IMG/VR virus record: IMGVR_UViG_3300042196_000418
Source: a virus
Lineage: Duplodnaviria > Caudoviricetes
DNA length: 64,000 nucleotides
Strand: one strand, 5' to 3'
A program made the position numbers and the translations under genes. Under the pieces are notes generated by a model. It searched no databases, was not told the origin of the DNA, and saw nothing but the letters and a program-made list of their open reading frames with translations. This document shows positions 1 to 10,324 of this stretch, piece by piece (within the stretch, counting starts at the first letter, position 1; each line of letters opens with the position of its first letter).

Positions 1-507
1 TGCCCGAGAAGACGACGGTGATCCCCGAGCCGGGCAACGGCCTGCGGGCCTACCTCAAGGTCGCCGAGATGGCAGACGCCGCGATGAACCTCTACCGGTC
101 TGGCGTGATGGGCGACCTCGCCGATCTGCCCGACGGCATCCGCGTGCTGATCGGCGCACTCGACGAGCTGCGCGCCAAGAAGCCGGCTCATGGGGAGCGT
201 CGCCCGTGAACGAGTACGAGTACATGGCCCACTTGTGCTCGATCTACGCCAGCGATCGCGCGGGTAAGACGCAGACGATCGGCCTGCCGCTGCCCGGCAC
301 GCCCGAGTGCAACGCACTCTTCCTCGCCACGTGGGAGGCGTTCCGGCACGTGACCACGGAGATGGGCAAGCTCCGCATGGCCGCGCAAGGGCTCCGCGTG
401 AAAACGTCAGATCTGCTTGAGGCGTTCGTGCACGGCCGCCAGATTCCTGCACACGTCCGCTGGGCAGAGACCGAGGCGTTGATCCGTGCCGGTGAATGGC
501 CGTGCCC

Positions 508-1443
508 ATGAAGCGAACGTTGACGGAAGCGGAGTGGAACCAGGTGTTCCAACTGCGCTGTCGCTCAAAGCAAGGGCAGTACCTGCCGCCGGACGCTAGC
601 GCGCTCGTTGATGCCGCCTTCAAGGAGGACCCAAAGCGCTATGGCGCAGCGGAGGACGACGTCTTCAATGCAACCGTGCCGTTCGGATCACATGCGCGTA
701 TAAAACGGCGCGCCATGCAGAAGTACCTGTTCCTCGGCGACACGCACAACGATCTCGACTTCGTCGAGAGCGCCAGCAAGCTCGCACGAGAGCACGCGGC
801 GGAGATCATCCAGCTTGGCGACTGGGGCTTCATCTGGCCGCGCAACCCGCAGCTCACCGAGCTCTCTGACATGCTCGTCGGACTCGGCGTCACGATGCGC
901 TTCGTCGACGGCAACCACGACGACCATCCAACGTTGAAGAAGCTGCGGAAGCGGGTGCGCACGCGCGCGGTCACGATCGCCACGAACGTGATTTATCAGC
1001 CCCGCGGATCGGTGCACGAGGACGAAGACGGCACGCGCTTTCTGTTCTGCGGCGGGGCGCCATCGATCGATCGCGCCGGCCGCGTCGAAGGCGAATCGTG
1101 GTGGCCCGAGGAAACCATCACGGAGGCCGAGTTCAAGCTCGCGCTCTCGGCGAAGGACCCGATCCACGTCCTCGTCACGCACGATGCACCCACCTATCCG
1201 CCCGGCTACTCGGCCAAGGGCACGCCTGACTACAAGCGCGCTCAACTGCTCTCGATGAAGCGCATCGCCGCACTCATCAAGAAGCACCGCCCGCTGCGCC
1301 ACTTTCATGGTCACTGGCACACGAACTACACGCGCCGCCACGCGAAGGGCACGATCGTCACCGGGCTCGACTGCAACAAGCTCGACTCCACGTACCTCGA
1401 CGAGGCCACGCTGCTGTGGTCGCGCGACCAGGAAACAACGTGA
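508..1443 (+). CDS. Calcineurin-like metallophosphoesterase with ~70-aa N-terminal extension
   Basis: Motifs GDTHN, QLGDWG, DGNHD, THD and HGHWH. ATG at 508 overlaps the upstream TGA. Confidence 0.85.
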   Translation: MKRTLTEAEWNQVFQLRCRSKQGQYLPPDASALVDAAFKEDPKRYGAAEDDVFNATVPFGSHARIKRRAMQKYLFLGDTHNDLDFVESASKLAREHAAEIIQLGDWGFIWPRNPQLTELSDMLVGLGVTMRFVDGNHDDHPTLKKLRKRVRTRAVTIATNVIYQPRGSVHEDEDGTRFLFCGGAPSIDRAGRVEGESWWPEETITEAEFKLALSAKDPIHVLVTHDAPTYPPGYSAKGTPDYKRAQLLSMKRIAALIKKHRPLRHFHGHWHTNYTRRHAKGTIVTGLDCNKLDSTYLDEATLLWSRDQETT

Positions 1444-2225
1444 AGTCGGCCAACAAGCGCATGAGCGCCGCCGACAAACACTGGACGCGAGGCTACGCAA
1501 CCGCGCTCGCGACCTGCTATCGCAACCACCACGAGAAGGACACCGTGCGCCACGCCATGATCGGTGACGGCATCACGATCGAAGAGTTGGAGCGGGCCGG
1601 CGTGGAATCGTACGACCTCGACGTGATCAAGGAGGCATTGCAATGAGTGACCAGCCGCTTAACAAGAACACGTGGCCGTGCCTCGGCAAGCCCGAGGACC
1701 TCAAGGGTCAGCCGATCGGCATGTACCACTGCGAGTTCTGCGGTGAGATGCAACTCGCAGGAGCGCTGCATCTACCGCCGCAGTTCCCGTCGCAGTGGGA
1801 AGAGCCGTTCCCATTTCAATCCACACGATCGCGGAATAAAGATCGTGACGCTCATGAGGATGCACTACAACTCGGCGAACGTCGACTACCAGAAACCATC
1901 TCGCTGATCGGGGCGACACATACGCCACACGCACTCGTGCCTCCATCAAGCTTTCCGGTGCTGAAAGCAACGTGTCCGTCCTGCCACGAGTACAGCGTTA
2001 CGTTCACCCGCGAAGAGGAGCGCTTTCCCTACGGGATCGCTCCACACACGGTGGAGCTCACCGCCATCGTGGACAAAGGTCGTTGCTTGGCGTGCACGTT
2101 CGAGTTTACCGACGTGCGCGCGGAGAACGAGAGAGACCGCGCGGTGCAGGCGCATCCACAAGCCATCCGCAAGGAGCAGCCGTGATGCCCACGGTCGGTA
2201 AGGGCGTACTCCGCAGGAGTAACGC

Positions 2226-3032
2226 GTGACGAAGGATGACCTCGGGGATCGTTGCAAGAGTTACGAACTTGCAGAAGCAGGGCGTCGGGCGATGCGTGGA
2301 CTTCCCCTGATCGCACGGTTGGACGGGCGTGCGTTTCATACGTTCACGCGAGATCTGAGCAGGCCCTACGAACACGGCATGTCGATCGCGATGATTGAAA
2401 CCGCGCGCTACCTCGTACAAGAAATGACTCCACGCATCTGCTACACGCAGAGCGACGAAATCACGCTCGCGTGGTTCGAGTCGTCACAGTCCGCCTCAGA
2501 TTACGCGTTCGATGGACGCTTCCAAAAGCTTGCCTCCGTACTTGCTGGAATGACCTCCGCGAAATTCGGCAAACTTGTCATCGAGCACCTGCCCTCGAAG
2601 TCGATCGAGGTGCCTCACTTCGACTGCCGCGTATGGCAGGTACCAACGCTTCATGACGCAGCGGAGATCTTCCTCTGGCGCGAAGATGACGCGGTCAAGA
2701 ACAGCATCACAATGGCTGCCAGTGCCTACTACTCGCATCGAGAACTCGATGGAAAAAGCGGCTCTGTCAAGCAGGAGCTGCTCTGGCAGAAGGGGATCAA
2801 CTGGCACGATTTCCCGGCCTTCTTCAAGCGCGGGACGTATCTTCAGCGACGCGTATTCGATCGCGAATTGACCGCCGAAGAGCGAGAGCGCATACCAGAA
2901 GCGCATCGCCCGCCAATCGGTGCGACGTTCCAACGAACGCAGGTCGTAGAGCTGGACCTTCCGCCTGCGCGCAAGATCACGAATCTGATCGACGTCCTAT
3001 TTGAACGTGCTGATCCTGTGAGCGCGGCATGA
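2226..3032 (+). CDS. tRNA-His guanylyltransferase Thg1-like protein (3'-5' polymerase)
   Basis: Thg1/TLP motifs RLDGRAFHTFT, YTQSDEI, FDGRFQKLAS, FDCR and WREDDAVKNS. Confidence 0.9.
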   Translation: MTKDDLGDRCKSYELAEAGRRAMRGLPLIARLDGRAFHTFTRDLSRPYEHGMSIAMIETARYLVQEMTPRICYTQSDEITLAWFESSQSASDYAFDGRFQKLASVLAGMTSAKFGKLVIEHLPSKSIEVPHFDCRVWQVPTLHDAAEIFLWREDDAVKNSITMAASAYYSHRELDGKSGSVKQELLWQKGINWHDFPAFFKRGTYLQRRVFDRELTAEERERIPEAHRPPIGATFQRTQVVELDLPPARKITNLIDVLFERADPVSAA

Positions 3033-3262
3033 AGTGGCGCATCGTCTCGAACAAGGGTGCACCTGCACGCTGGAGCAAGCCGTGTGCGCTTGTTCAGATG
3101 TACGTCCAAGATCATCCAGACGAGCGTACTCATTCCATGCGCTGGCCGGACATCGAGCGCGCGTACAGCGAAGTTCAAGGCCGTGACAGTGGCACGTCAG
3201 GCACTGTGCCAAGCGCTGACGCACATCGCTGGCTACCGAATTGCGATCGTACGGCAACATCC

Positions 3263-3862
3263 ATGAGAGCTGACATCAACCTCTACATCAACTTCGCGCT
3301 GCACGCAGTCCTGGGGAAGCTCGGCGAAGCCGACACGATCATGCGTTTTAAGGGAGATGCCGTTCGCCGCGTCGCCGACGAGATCGCTGCAAAATGTCCG
3401 ATCGAGCCGGCACCGATCTACCGCGGCATGCTCCTCGATCCAGCGGTACCCTTCCGCGCCGAGTCCAGCCTCTCGTTTCTATCGTGGAGCGAGGATCTCG
3501 ACGTCGCGCGATGGTTCGCGTGCCCGCGCTCCATCATTAACGAACCCCTCGTGCAGCGGAATCCAACGTTCTGCGGCTACCTCGCGGAGCTGCCGGCGCC
3601 ACGGTCCCGCGTACTGTTCCACCACTCCTGGGCAAGCGCCCTCGGCGGCCTTGCCTGCTTCGCGCTCGCACACCCGCTCATGGGCAGAGAAGGGAAACGG
3701 CAGATCGAGTGGTCACTGCGAAGCCAGCGTGAAGTTATCACCGATCCGATCGTGGACCTCCACCCCGAGATCGCCAACGACCTCGACACTGCTGCACTGG
3801 AGATCCTGGAACGGCGCCTGTCGCCGCCGTGGATCGTCGCGGAGGAGAGCATTCGGCGATGA
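3263..3862 (+). CDS. Putative ADP-ribosyltransferase-like protein (R-S-E type)
   Basis: IYRG, then LSWSEDLDVARWFA, then SQREVI, in the order expected for ART catalytic strands. ATG at 3263 has an ATGA overlap; the frame is open from 3029. Confidence 0.5.
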   Translation: MRADINLYINFALHAVLGKLGEADTIMRFKGDAVRRVADEIAAKCPIEPAPIYRGMLLDPAVPFRAESSLSFLSWSEDLDVARWFACPRSIINEPLVQRNPTFCGYLAELPAPRSRVLFHHSWASALGGLACFALAHPLMGREGKRQIEWSLRSQREVITDPIVDLHPEIANDLDTAALEILERRLSPPWIVAEESIRR

Positions 3863-4385
3863 CGAAGAAGCCACCCGTACGCGCTAATCAAAGGAAGTCG
3901 GGTAAGCAGGACAGCAAAGCCCCGCGCCGCGAGAGCCGAGCGCTTGCACGGGTGCCGCGGGCCCGCGAGGAGGTCCGTCACGCCGATCGTCCAACGAGCG
4001 AAGGGCGGGTCAAGTCGCATATCGATCCGCTTCTCAACGACCTGCCTGCTGTCACCCTCAAGGACGAGCACGAGGTCCTCTTTCACTTCGGGCGCATCGA
4101 TCCACGTCTCGCAGAGGCGTGGAAGCGCGACGTGGTGGTCCACGAAGGGCCGATCACGCTCCGTCGTGTCATGTATCCCGCGAGCTTCGGCGGTGCGACA
4201 CACTACGCGTACGTCGATCGACGCCTGCTCTGGTATCTCAGCCACGATCCATCCGATCCGGACGGCGCGCGTTGGGACGGCTACCTGGCCAGCGCCCGTG
4301 ATGCGCCACCGGGCACGACCGTGGTCGTTGTCGGCCGTGACATCGTGGTCAAGAAGCGTCCGCCGCAGCTCGGGAAGGGTGGGGA

Positions 4386-4595
4386 ATGAACCATCGCAGA
4401 AGAGAGAATCTGATCGTGAAGCTCACCGAGAAGCAGCTCCAATGCCTAACGTATGTTGCGGACGGCGACCGACCGCCATTCAAGATCACGACCGTAGAGT
4501 CGTTGGCACGAAAAGGGCTCGTCGAGCACACGTCCCTCGGTTGGCGCGTGACGCCAGATGGCGCCGAGCTGCTGGCAAAGGCGCGTACGACATGA
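4386..4595 (+). CDS. Small winged-helix-like protein
   Basis: KLTEKQLQCL...TVESLARKGLVE...WRVTPDG pattern; coupled to both neighbours. Confidence 0.45.
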   Translation: MNHRRRENLIVKLTEKQLQCLTYVADGDRPPFKITTVESLARKGLVEHTSLGWRVTPDGAELLAKARTT

Positions 4596-5110
4596 CGTTG
4601 CGTCTCACCGAGATCTGCGACCTCGCGCACCGCTTCGTTCCCGGCGTAGCTGCCGACGAGCGTCTCTACCGGTATGGGGCTAAATCGTGGTGGCCAGCTC
4701 ACGAGATCGGGCACTTTCTCGTCGCCACGAAGACCGAGTGCCAGCAGTACATGTTCGGCCTCGACGGCGAGTTTCTGCACCAGGCGAGGATCCAGGGAGA
4801 CGAATCTCAGCCGTCTCGCCGCTACCTCTACGCGATCGCGAAGGAGATCGCAGCGATCTCGATCTCGCAGCGCATGCTTCGCCGATCAGGGCACGTCGAA
4901 CTCGCCGACGAGGAAATCCAGTACACGGACGAGGACACGCTCGAGTGTGCGTTCGAGCGCTGGTGCAAGAGAGCAGTCGACAAGATGCTCCGCACGCATC
5001 GCCTCATACGGCTGCCGGCCACGTTCGCGAGCATGGAAGCCCTGCTCGCACGCAAGGCCCGCGAGGTCGGCACGACACCGCAACACACCGCTGAAAGTGG
5101 TCAACGGTGA
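4592..5110 (+). CDS. Hypothetical protein with HExxH (possible zinc metallopeptidase)
   Basis: AHEIGHF motif; ATGA-coupled start. Confidence 0.45.
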   Translation: MTLRLTEICDLAHRFVPGVAADERLYRYGAKSWWPAHEIGHFLVATKTECQQYMFGLDGEFLHQARIQGDESQPSRRYLYAIAKEIAAISISQRMLRRSGHVELADEEIQYTDEDTLECAFERWCKRAVDKMLRTHRLIRLPATFASMEALLARKAREVGTTPQHTAESGQR

Positions 5111-5336
5111 GCAAAGGCGACAAGGACGCTCGTGTACTGCAAGACGCCACCGGGGCGAGATACATGACGTGCCTAGCGCGTGTGCGCGCCCTTCGAGGGC
5201 TCCGTTTCGAGAAGGCCCTCGACACGTTCATGAACAGCGTCGACCTGTTGCCCGACCTCATCGAGGGCCAGACGCGCTGCGTAACCTGCCTGCAAGATCT
5301 CACGCCAGCCAAGAGCTGCACGTGCCTGTGAGTAGC

Positions 5337-6227
5337 TCAGCGAACCCCGCCGCCGCTGTTTCGCGCTCCGCTGCGCTTGTCGACCAGCGTGCGAAGCTCA
5401 TCGCCGCGCGATCCGCGTCGGTAGTAGTTGATTCGTTCCTCGTCAGGCGCGACAGCGGCTTCGAGCGCGGCCATGCGCTCGAACGCCATCGGCTGAAACG
5501 CCGAAGCGATCGCCGCGTTGCGCTCAAGCTGCCCGATGTTCTCGATGCCCACGATTGCGAGATCGACGGGCAGCGACCACACGTATCCGAGCGCGTCCTC
5601 GGCCGACCCGATCCTGCGGAATACCTCTCCCCGCGCGAACACCTTCATGGCCACGATCCCAATGCCGGACTGGACCGCGTAGGGCAAGAGGCGATCCTGG
5701 AACGACAACCGGTGAACATCTGCCGGGTTCATCGCGAGAAGAATCGAGTCGAAGTGGTAGCTCGCGAGCGCCCGAAGCAGAACCTCGGGATCGGAATGCC
5801 CGCTGATCCCGACGTAGCGCACGAGGCCCTGGGCCTGAGCCTCCGCGGCCATCGTGACCGCTCCACCGGGTCCGAGCACTGCGTCGACCTCGGCTTGATC
5901 GTCGAGATGGTGGATCTGGAGCAAGTCGACGTGATCGGTGCGAAGTCGCCGCAACGAGGTCTCGAACTGCCGCCAGGCATCGTCGCGCGATCGCTGATCG
6001 GTCTTGGTCGCCAAGAACATCCGATCTCGCGCATACGGCGTAACCTCGCCGTAGTTCAGCTCGGAGTCCTTGTAGAGCGGAGCGGTATCGAAGTAGTTCA
6101 CCCCGAGCTCCAGCGCGCGCACGATGATCGCTACCGCCGCATTGGAGTGCTGGTAGAGCGCCGACTCGCCGCCAAGGCCCAGGATCGAGCATTGGATGCC
6201 GGTCGAACCGAAGGTTCTGTATTGCAC
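5337..6227 (-). CDS. Aldo/keto reductase
   Basis: YRTFGSTG, GVNYFDTAPLY, LATKT, SLRRLRTDHVDLLQIH, GLVRYVGISGH and GIVAMKV. Lies antisense within a + strand gene run. Confidence 0.9.
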   Translation of the reverse strand: MQYRTFGSTGIQCSILGLGGESALYQHSNAAVAIIVRALELGVNYFDTAPLYKDSELNYGEVTPYARDRMFLATKTDQRSRDDAWRQFETSLRRLRTDHVDLLQIHHLDDQAEVDAVLGPGGAVTMAAEAQAQGLVRYVGISGHSDPEVLLRALASYHFDSILLAMNPADVHRLSFQDRLLPYAVQSGIGIVAMKVFARGEVFRRIGSAEDALGYVWSLPVDLAIVGIENIGQLERNAAIASAFQPMAFERMAALEAAVAPDEERINYYRRGSRGDELRTLVDKRSGARNSGGGVR

Positions 6228-6280
6228 GGCCCCATGATCGCACGGAAGGAATACATGCCCAACAAACGTGAGGTTCACTG

Positions 6281-6616
6281 ATGGACGGATACCTCGGAGA
6301 GTTTCCCGTCAAGCTCAAGGACACGCCGTTCGCGCAGTTTACGAGCACCGACTGGGCGCTCTACTTCATCGAGCGCTACGGCGGGATCGACGGTGCGCAT
6401 CACAAGCAATGGCTGATCGATCAGACTGCGCGCGGCCTAAACGGTGCGCCCATCGAAATCGTCGAAGCGCGCTGGATGGGCGGTAACGGGCTGCCCGACG
6501 CCGAGTACCGCATCCGTGTCGGCACCAGCGACAAATACACCACGTGGGTCACAAAGATGAAGGCCGGTGAAGACGGTCCCGAGACCTATACGTGGGACGA
6601 AGGAATTGCACCGTGA
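6281..6616 (+). CDS. Hypothetical phage-type protein
   Basis: Clean ORF (YGGIDGAHHKQW...WDEGIAP) coupled to the next gene. Confidence 0.6.
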   Translation: MDGYLGEFPVKLKDTPFAQFTSTDWALYFIERYGGIDGAHHKQWLIDQTARGLNGAPIEIVEARWMGGNGLPDAEYRIRVGTSDKYTTWVTKMKAGEDGPETYTWDEGIAP

Positions 6617-6825
6617 CGCGTACCGAGGAACAAGAGCGTGCACGTCAACAGCTGATCGACGCCGTCAAAGCGTGGCGTGAGGCACGTTGCCTGTATGCAC
6701 AATCGCCGGGACGCGAAGGCGAGCTGTGCGACGGCGACAACCACCTGCTGGAGTGTCCCGTCGAGACCACCCGCCAAGGCATCCTCGCTGCGCACAACAA
6801 GGTGGAGCTACTCCGTGCCGGATAG
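6613..6825 (+). CDS. Small Cys/His protein (CDGDNHLLECPVE)
   Basis: GTGA-coupled start; a decayed paralog lies at 8084-8162. Confidence 0.6.
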   Translation: MTRTEEQERARQQLIDAVKAWREARCLYAQSPGREGELCDGDNHLLECPVETTRQGILAAHNKVELLRAG

Positions 6826-7070
6826 AAAGACAACGACGAGCTGATCGCCCGAGGGCGCCGCATCCGCCGCGCGAAGAGCACTCATGCGCGATGAAATCGC
6901 CTAGTGGCGTCGGAGGTCGAGCGTTTACGACGTTCACGTGATCATGGATTAGGGTCAGGAGTTACCTGGGTATATTCGTACCCATCCTGTCGTACTTCCA
7001 GCCAAAAACCGCTTGCACGCTTGCGACAAGATCCTTAAAAAGAAATGAACCGTCCACCCGACAGGAATTC

Positions 7071-8009
7071 ATGAAACGCGCTCTCCTTCTCACTTTTGCT
7101 CTCACTGTTTTGTCGGCATGTGCCGACGAAGTCCCCCCAGGAATCGTGCTTGGCCGTGCCTTGGTCACCGCATGTCCGGTCGCAGCTGCGAACGATGCTG
7201 CTGCACGCGAGGCGTGTGCCGATGCACTGACCGACATGACCGAGCTACGCGACGCACTGACCGATCCGGTGCTGTGGGGAGGACAGCCCGATGGCTTCCA
7301 CGCCGCCGATCTTCTCACCGACGCGAGCCTCACCCAATTCGATCCGCGCGTCTGGCGACGGATGTACTTGTCGACGTTCATGTTCGAAGCTGCTCCGTCC
7401 GAGATGGAGCAGGATGGCAAGTACCAGGTGCTCCGCATGCGCGTGCAGTTCCGCAACAAGCTCGATGCGGGCGACTATCCGTATCCGTTCTGGCACAGCG
7501 GCAAAAAGTGGACGGCCTATGAACAGGCAACCGAGGTACTGTTCGTCTTCGACAGCGCCGGCCGAATTCCGGTGGCAGTGCGCACAACACCCGATCCAAC
7601 GCACGAGCATGATCCTCGGACGTGGGATGGCGTCTGGACATGGAACGCTGGTCAGGAGCCCCACGTCTCTTTGTATACGTACCTGTTCTCGCCCGGAAAC
7701 CCGCACGTCGCGGCGCTCGACACGGCGTATCGCAGCCTTGAAGAGACGATGCGCGAACAGGATTGCAGCAAGTGTCACAGCCCGTCGAACAGTGCGATGG
7801 CCCTGCATCTGGAATTGCTCAACTATCCGAATCAAGCTCTCACCGCACGGCACAAGATCGCGCATCTGATCCAGATCAACGCGATGCCCCCTGTGACCGG
7901 CATTCCAAGCGACGACACGCGTGCCGATCTGATTCAGCGGGCCATGACCTTCGCCAATGCCGGCGATGCAGCCTTGGCGTATGAAGGCGAACCCGTTCCC
8001 TCGCTATAG
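7071..8009 (+). CDS. Lipoprotein with c-type heme motif (cytochrome c-like)
   Basis: Signal peptide and lipobox LSAC; CSKCH; downstream MPP (possible axial Met); AT-rich upstream region. Confidence 0.7.
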   Translation: MKRALLLTFALTVLSACADEVPPGIVLGRALVTACPVAAANDAAAREACADALTDMTELRDALTDPVLWGGQPDGFHAADLLTDASLTQFDPRVWRRMYLSTFMFEAAPSEMEQDGKYQVLRMRVQFRNKLDAGDYPYPFWHSGKKWTAYEQATEVLFVFDSAGRIPVAVRTTPDPTHEHDPRTWDGVWTWNAGQEPHVSLYTYLFSPGNPHVAALDTAYRSLEETMREQDCSKCHSPSNSAMALHLELLNYPNQALTARHKIAHLIQINAMPPVTGIPSDDTRADLIQRAMTFANAGDAALAYEGEPVPSL

Positions 8010-8083
8010 GTGAAGGTGCTCGTGGCGCTGTCTGCCTGAAGCCTGCACCCAAAGGATCCTCGTGGCAGCCGAATGCTGACTAC

Positions 8084-8162
8084 TGCGTCGGCGACAACCA
8101 CCTGAAGGCGTGTCCGGTCGAACGTGCCACACACCAAGGTCGAGCAGCTCCGTGCTGGCTGA
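8084..8162 (+). pseudogene. Decayed copy of the 3' end of gene 6613..6825
   Basis: Translates as CVGDNHLKACPVE..., frameshift/deletion, ...KVEQLRAG*, against CDGDNHLLECPVE...KVELLRAG* in the intact gene. Confidence 0.7.
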
Positions 8163-8203
8163 CCAAGCGCAACAACCTCCAAGAAACCATCAAGGTCCCG
8201 CAA

Positions 8204-9112
8204 ATGACGAAGTGCCTCGCCGTGTCCCCATTCACGATGCCCGCCGCGCTCGCCGCTGCTGACGCCCTGCTAATCAACCCGACGTGGCGCGGCGAGCCCG
8301 GCACTGCGGAACAAACTGCCGCCTGGCTCTCCAACCCAACGTGGCTAGGAAAGCCCGACAACGAGGAGCAGGCAGTGTGGCTCAGCAGCTTTCGGCGCCG
8401 TGCTGAGCTGGCAGCTGCGATGCCCGAGATCCATCGCAACGCCACCGATTCCGCCGCGCAGCACGTGGCATGGCTGAAGAGCGAAGGCTGGGAGGCCCAG
8501 ATCCCGCAGGGCACGTCCATGGATCTTTTCCTCGCGAGCACACTGAACATCGTCGCCAAGTGGCGTGAAATCGGCCGCGCTTACCAAGAGCAAGGCATTG
8601 ATCGCGTCCTCTTGAAGAAGGGGGCGCGTGCCTCCGTGCCCGGAGCGCAACATCCCGTGGTGGCGGTCAGCACCCAGCAGGATCGTTTCAACTTCTGTTT
8701 TCAGCAAGTCGACACGGCGCCGACAACCGTGGACGCGTTGACCACGTGCGCGCTGGACATGATCGGCACCACGGCACGCGAGGAAGTCCATCTCGACTTT
8801 CCAATGGTCGATCTACTCGTACGTGACGACGCGAAGTACATGCTGGGCATCCACGCCGGAACGAACGTGATCACGCAGGCCGCCGAGCAGCTTCGCCTGG
8901 AGCTGAACGAAGTCGGTGGACGAGCGAGCGCCGCGGCGGAGATTCGGGTGACCCGGGGCATTCGCAAAACTCCCACCATCAAGCTGGACGGTCCGTTCGT
9001 GGTCGCGATCGCGATCCACCGCAACGGAACACCCCACGACGCGGCCCCGATCCTGTTCGCAGCCTATGTCGATCGTGACGCGTGGAAGAAGCCTGCCGAG
9101 GGGCGCATCTAA
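8204..9112 (+). CDS. Serpin-like protein (C-terminal serpin signature)
   Basis: EQLRLELNEVGGRASAAAEIRVTRG...KLDGPFVVAI...PILFAAYV resembles the serpin hinge, reactive loop and DxPF...ILF signature. Confidence 0.55.
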   Translation: MTKCLAVSPFTMPAALAAADALLINPTWRGEPGTAEQTAAWLSNPTWLGKPDNEEQAVWLSSFRRRAELAAAMPEIHRNATDSAAQHVAWLKSEGWEAQIPQGTSMDLFLASTLNIVAKWREIGRAYQEQGIDRVLLKKGARASVPGAQHPVVAVSTQQDRFNFCFQQVDTAPTTVDALTTCALDMIGTTAREEVHLDFPMVDLLVRDDAKYMLGIHAGTNVITQAAEQLRLELNEVGGRASAAAEIRVTRGIRKTPTIKLDGPFVVAIAIHRNGTPHDAAPILFAAYVDRDAWKKPAEGRI

Positions 9113-9279
9113 CAGGCCCGCCCGACACGACACGGGCCGCAAACGGAGAAAGGAGAACGGAGAACGGCACGATCCACTCCCGGGAAGCACACTTCGAGTC
9201 CCGTCTATTTTCCGGGAACCGCGGATTCGAGTCCCGTCCGAGTCGTACGGTCATCTCGCCACGCTTATAACTAGGTGCG

Positions 9280-9789
9280 ATGAAAGAGCCCAGCGACGCG
9301 GAATACCTCCCGATGATTTACGTCAAGATGACCTCTAAGGGGCCGCAGGTCTACGTCGGCCCTGTCAAGCCGGCCGTAAAAGACGTTGCCCACGCTTACA
9401 CTGACAAGGTCCTCGACCCATCGAAGAAATGGGTGTTGCCGCTGTCGACGGGCGTCCCGGTCTTGCCCACACAGTCAGCACACATCACTGCATGCCCGAG
9501 GATGCTCTGTGTGCCAAACCGCTTCATGATCTCGAGCTCGGGTACGGCAGGAGGGGCAGCTGACTGGATCGTCAAAGACATCAAGATCGACGGCTGCTCA
9601 CAATTCAGAAGACCAGGTGATATTTCCGGAGAAATGTTCGCACCGAACGCGGGCATTGCTTCGGATGTGCTTGAACGCTTCGTTCAGTTCACTGCGATCC
9701 AGCCGAACACGGATGTTGATATAATTGTGACGTACGTCGGTATTAACGAGCATGGCTGCCCCTTGTTCGCGTCGCTGGATCGGGATTGA
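9280..9789 (+). CDS. Hypothetical beta-rich protein
   Basis: Clean ORF; function not recognised. Confidence 0.5.
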   Translation: MKEPSDAEYLPMIYVKMTSKGPQVYVGPVKPAVKDVAHAYTDKVLDPSKKWVLPLSTGVPVLPTQSAHITACPRMLCVPNRFMISSSGTAGGAADWIVKDIKIDGCSQFRRPGDISGEMFAPNAGIASDVLERFVQFTAIQPNTDVDIIVTYVGINEHGCPLFASLDRD

Positions 9790-9836
9790 CAGCACTGATC
9801 CCACCAGCCTGGGCAGACCATCACCTCGTCGCGCAC

Positions 9837-10295
9837 TTAGCGGCAGCCGAGACCAACGCGTCGACACGCGAGGGCCTTGTCCTCGGCACACGGCATAAAA
9901 TCTTGTCCGCTCATGATCCCGCACGCCGTGTGCGTGCTCGTATCGAGCACCGCGTGCCCGACCTCGTGGGCAAGAGCCACCCACAACCCGAAGCCGGTCA
10001 AGTCCGCGCGTATCTGGATACGACGCTCCAACCTGTTCGTAACGCCGCCCGCATTTTTGGGCGTTTGTGCCACGCGCTCGACGAGCACGGCCGAAATCTG
10101 ACCCCCCGTCTTTACACGGACAAGTCCGATCGAGGCCCAGCCAACGAGGGCCTTGTCCAGATCAGCCTCCAGGGTTGGATCCGGCACGATCAGCTCAAAA
10201 GTCACGCGGCCTGTCTGCTGCCCCGACGGCAAGGAGCGCTCCGGCAGATGACAGCACGCGAGCAGCAACACTACGAAGATCATGCCTGTGCGCAT
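9837..10295 (-). CDS. Putative lipoprotein zinc metalloprotease (matrixin-like)
   Basis: Signal/lipobox LLAC, AHEVGHAV and downstream GIM (Met-turn-like). Confidence 0.6.
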   Translation of the reverse strand: MRTGMIFVVLLLACCHLPERSLPSGQQTGRVTFELIVPDPTLEADLDKALVGWASIGLVRVKTGGQISAVLVERVAQTPKNAGGVTNRLERRIQIRADLTGFGLWVALAHEVGHAVLDTSTHTACGIMSGQDFMPCAEDKALACRRVGLGCR

Positions 10296-10324
10296 GCTTT
10301 ACAGAATGGCACGAGCGCGCGGCT

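Noticed and set aside
4674-6281. 535-aa + strand ORF and similar long Arg-rich ORFs (e.g. 58426-59625, 61578-62732)
   Set aside because: Shadow frames opposite or overlapping better-supported genes in high-GC DNA.
9170-9260. Complete tRNA gene
   Set aside because: Only a T-arm-like fragment; I could not build D and anticodon arms or an acceptor stem.
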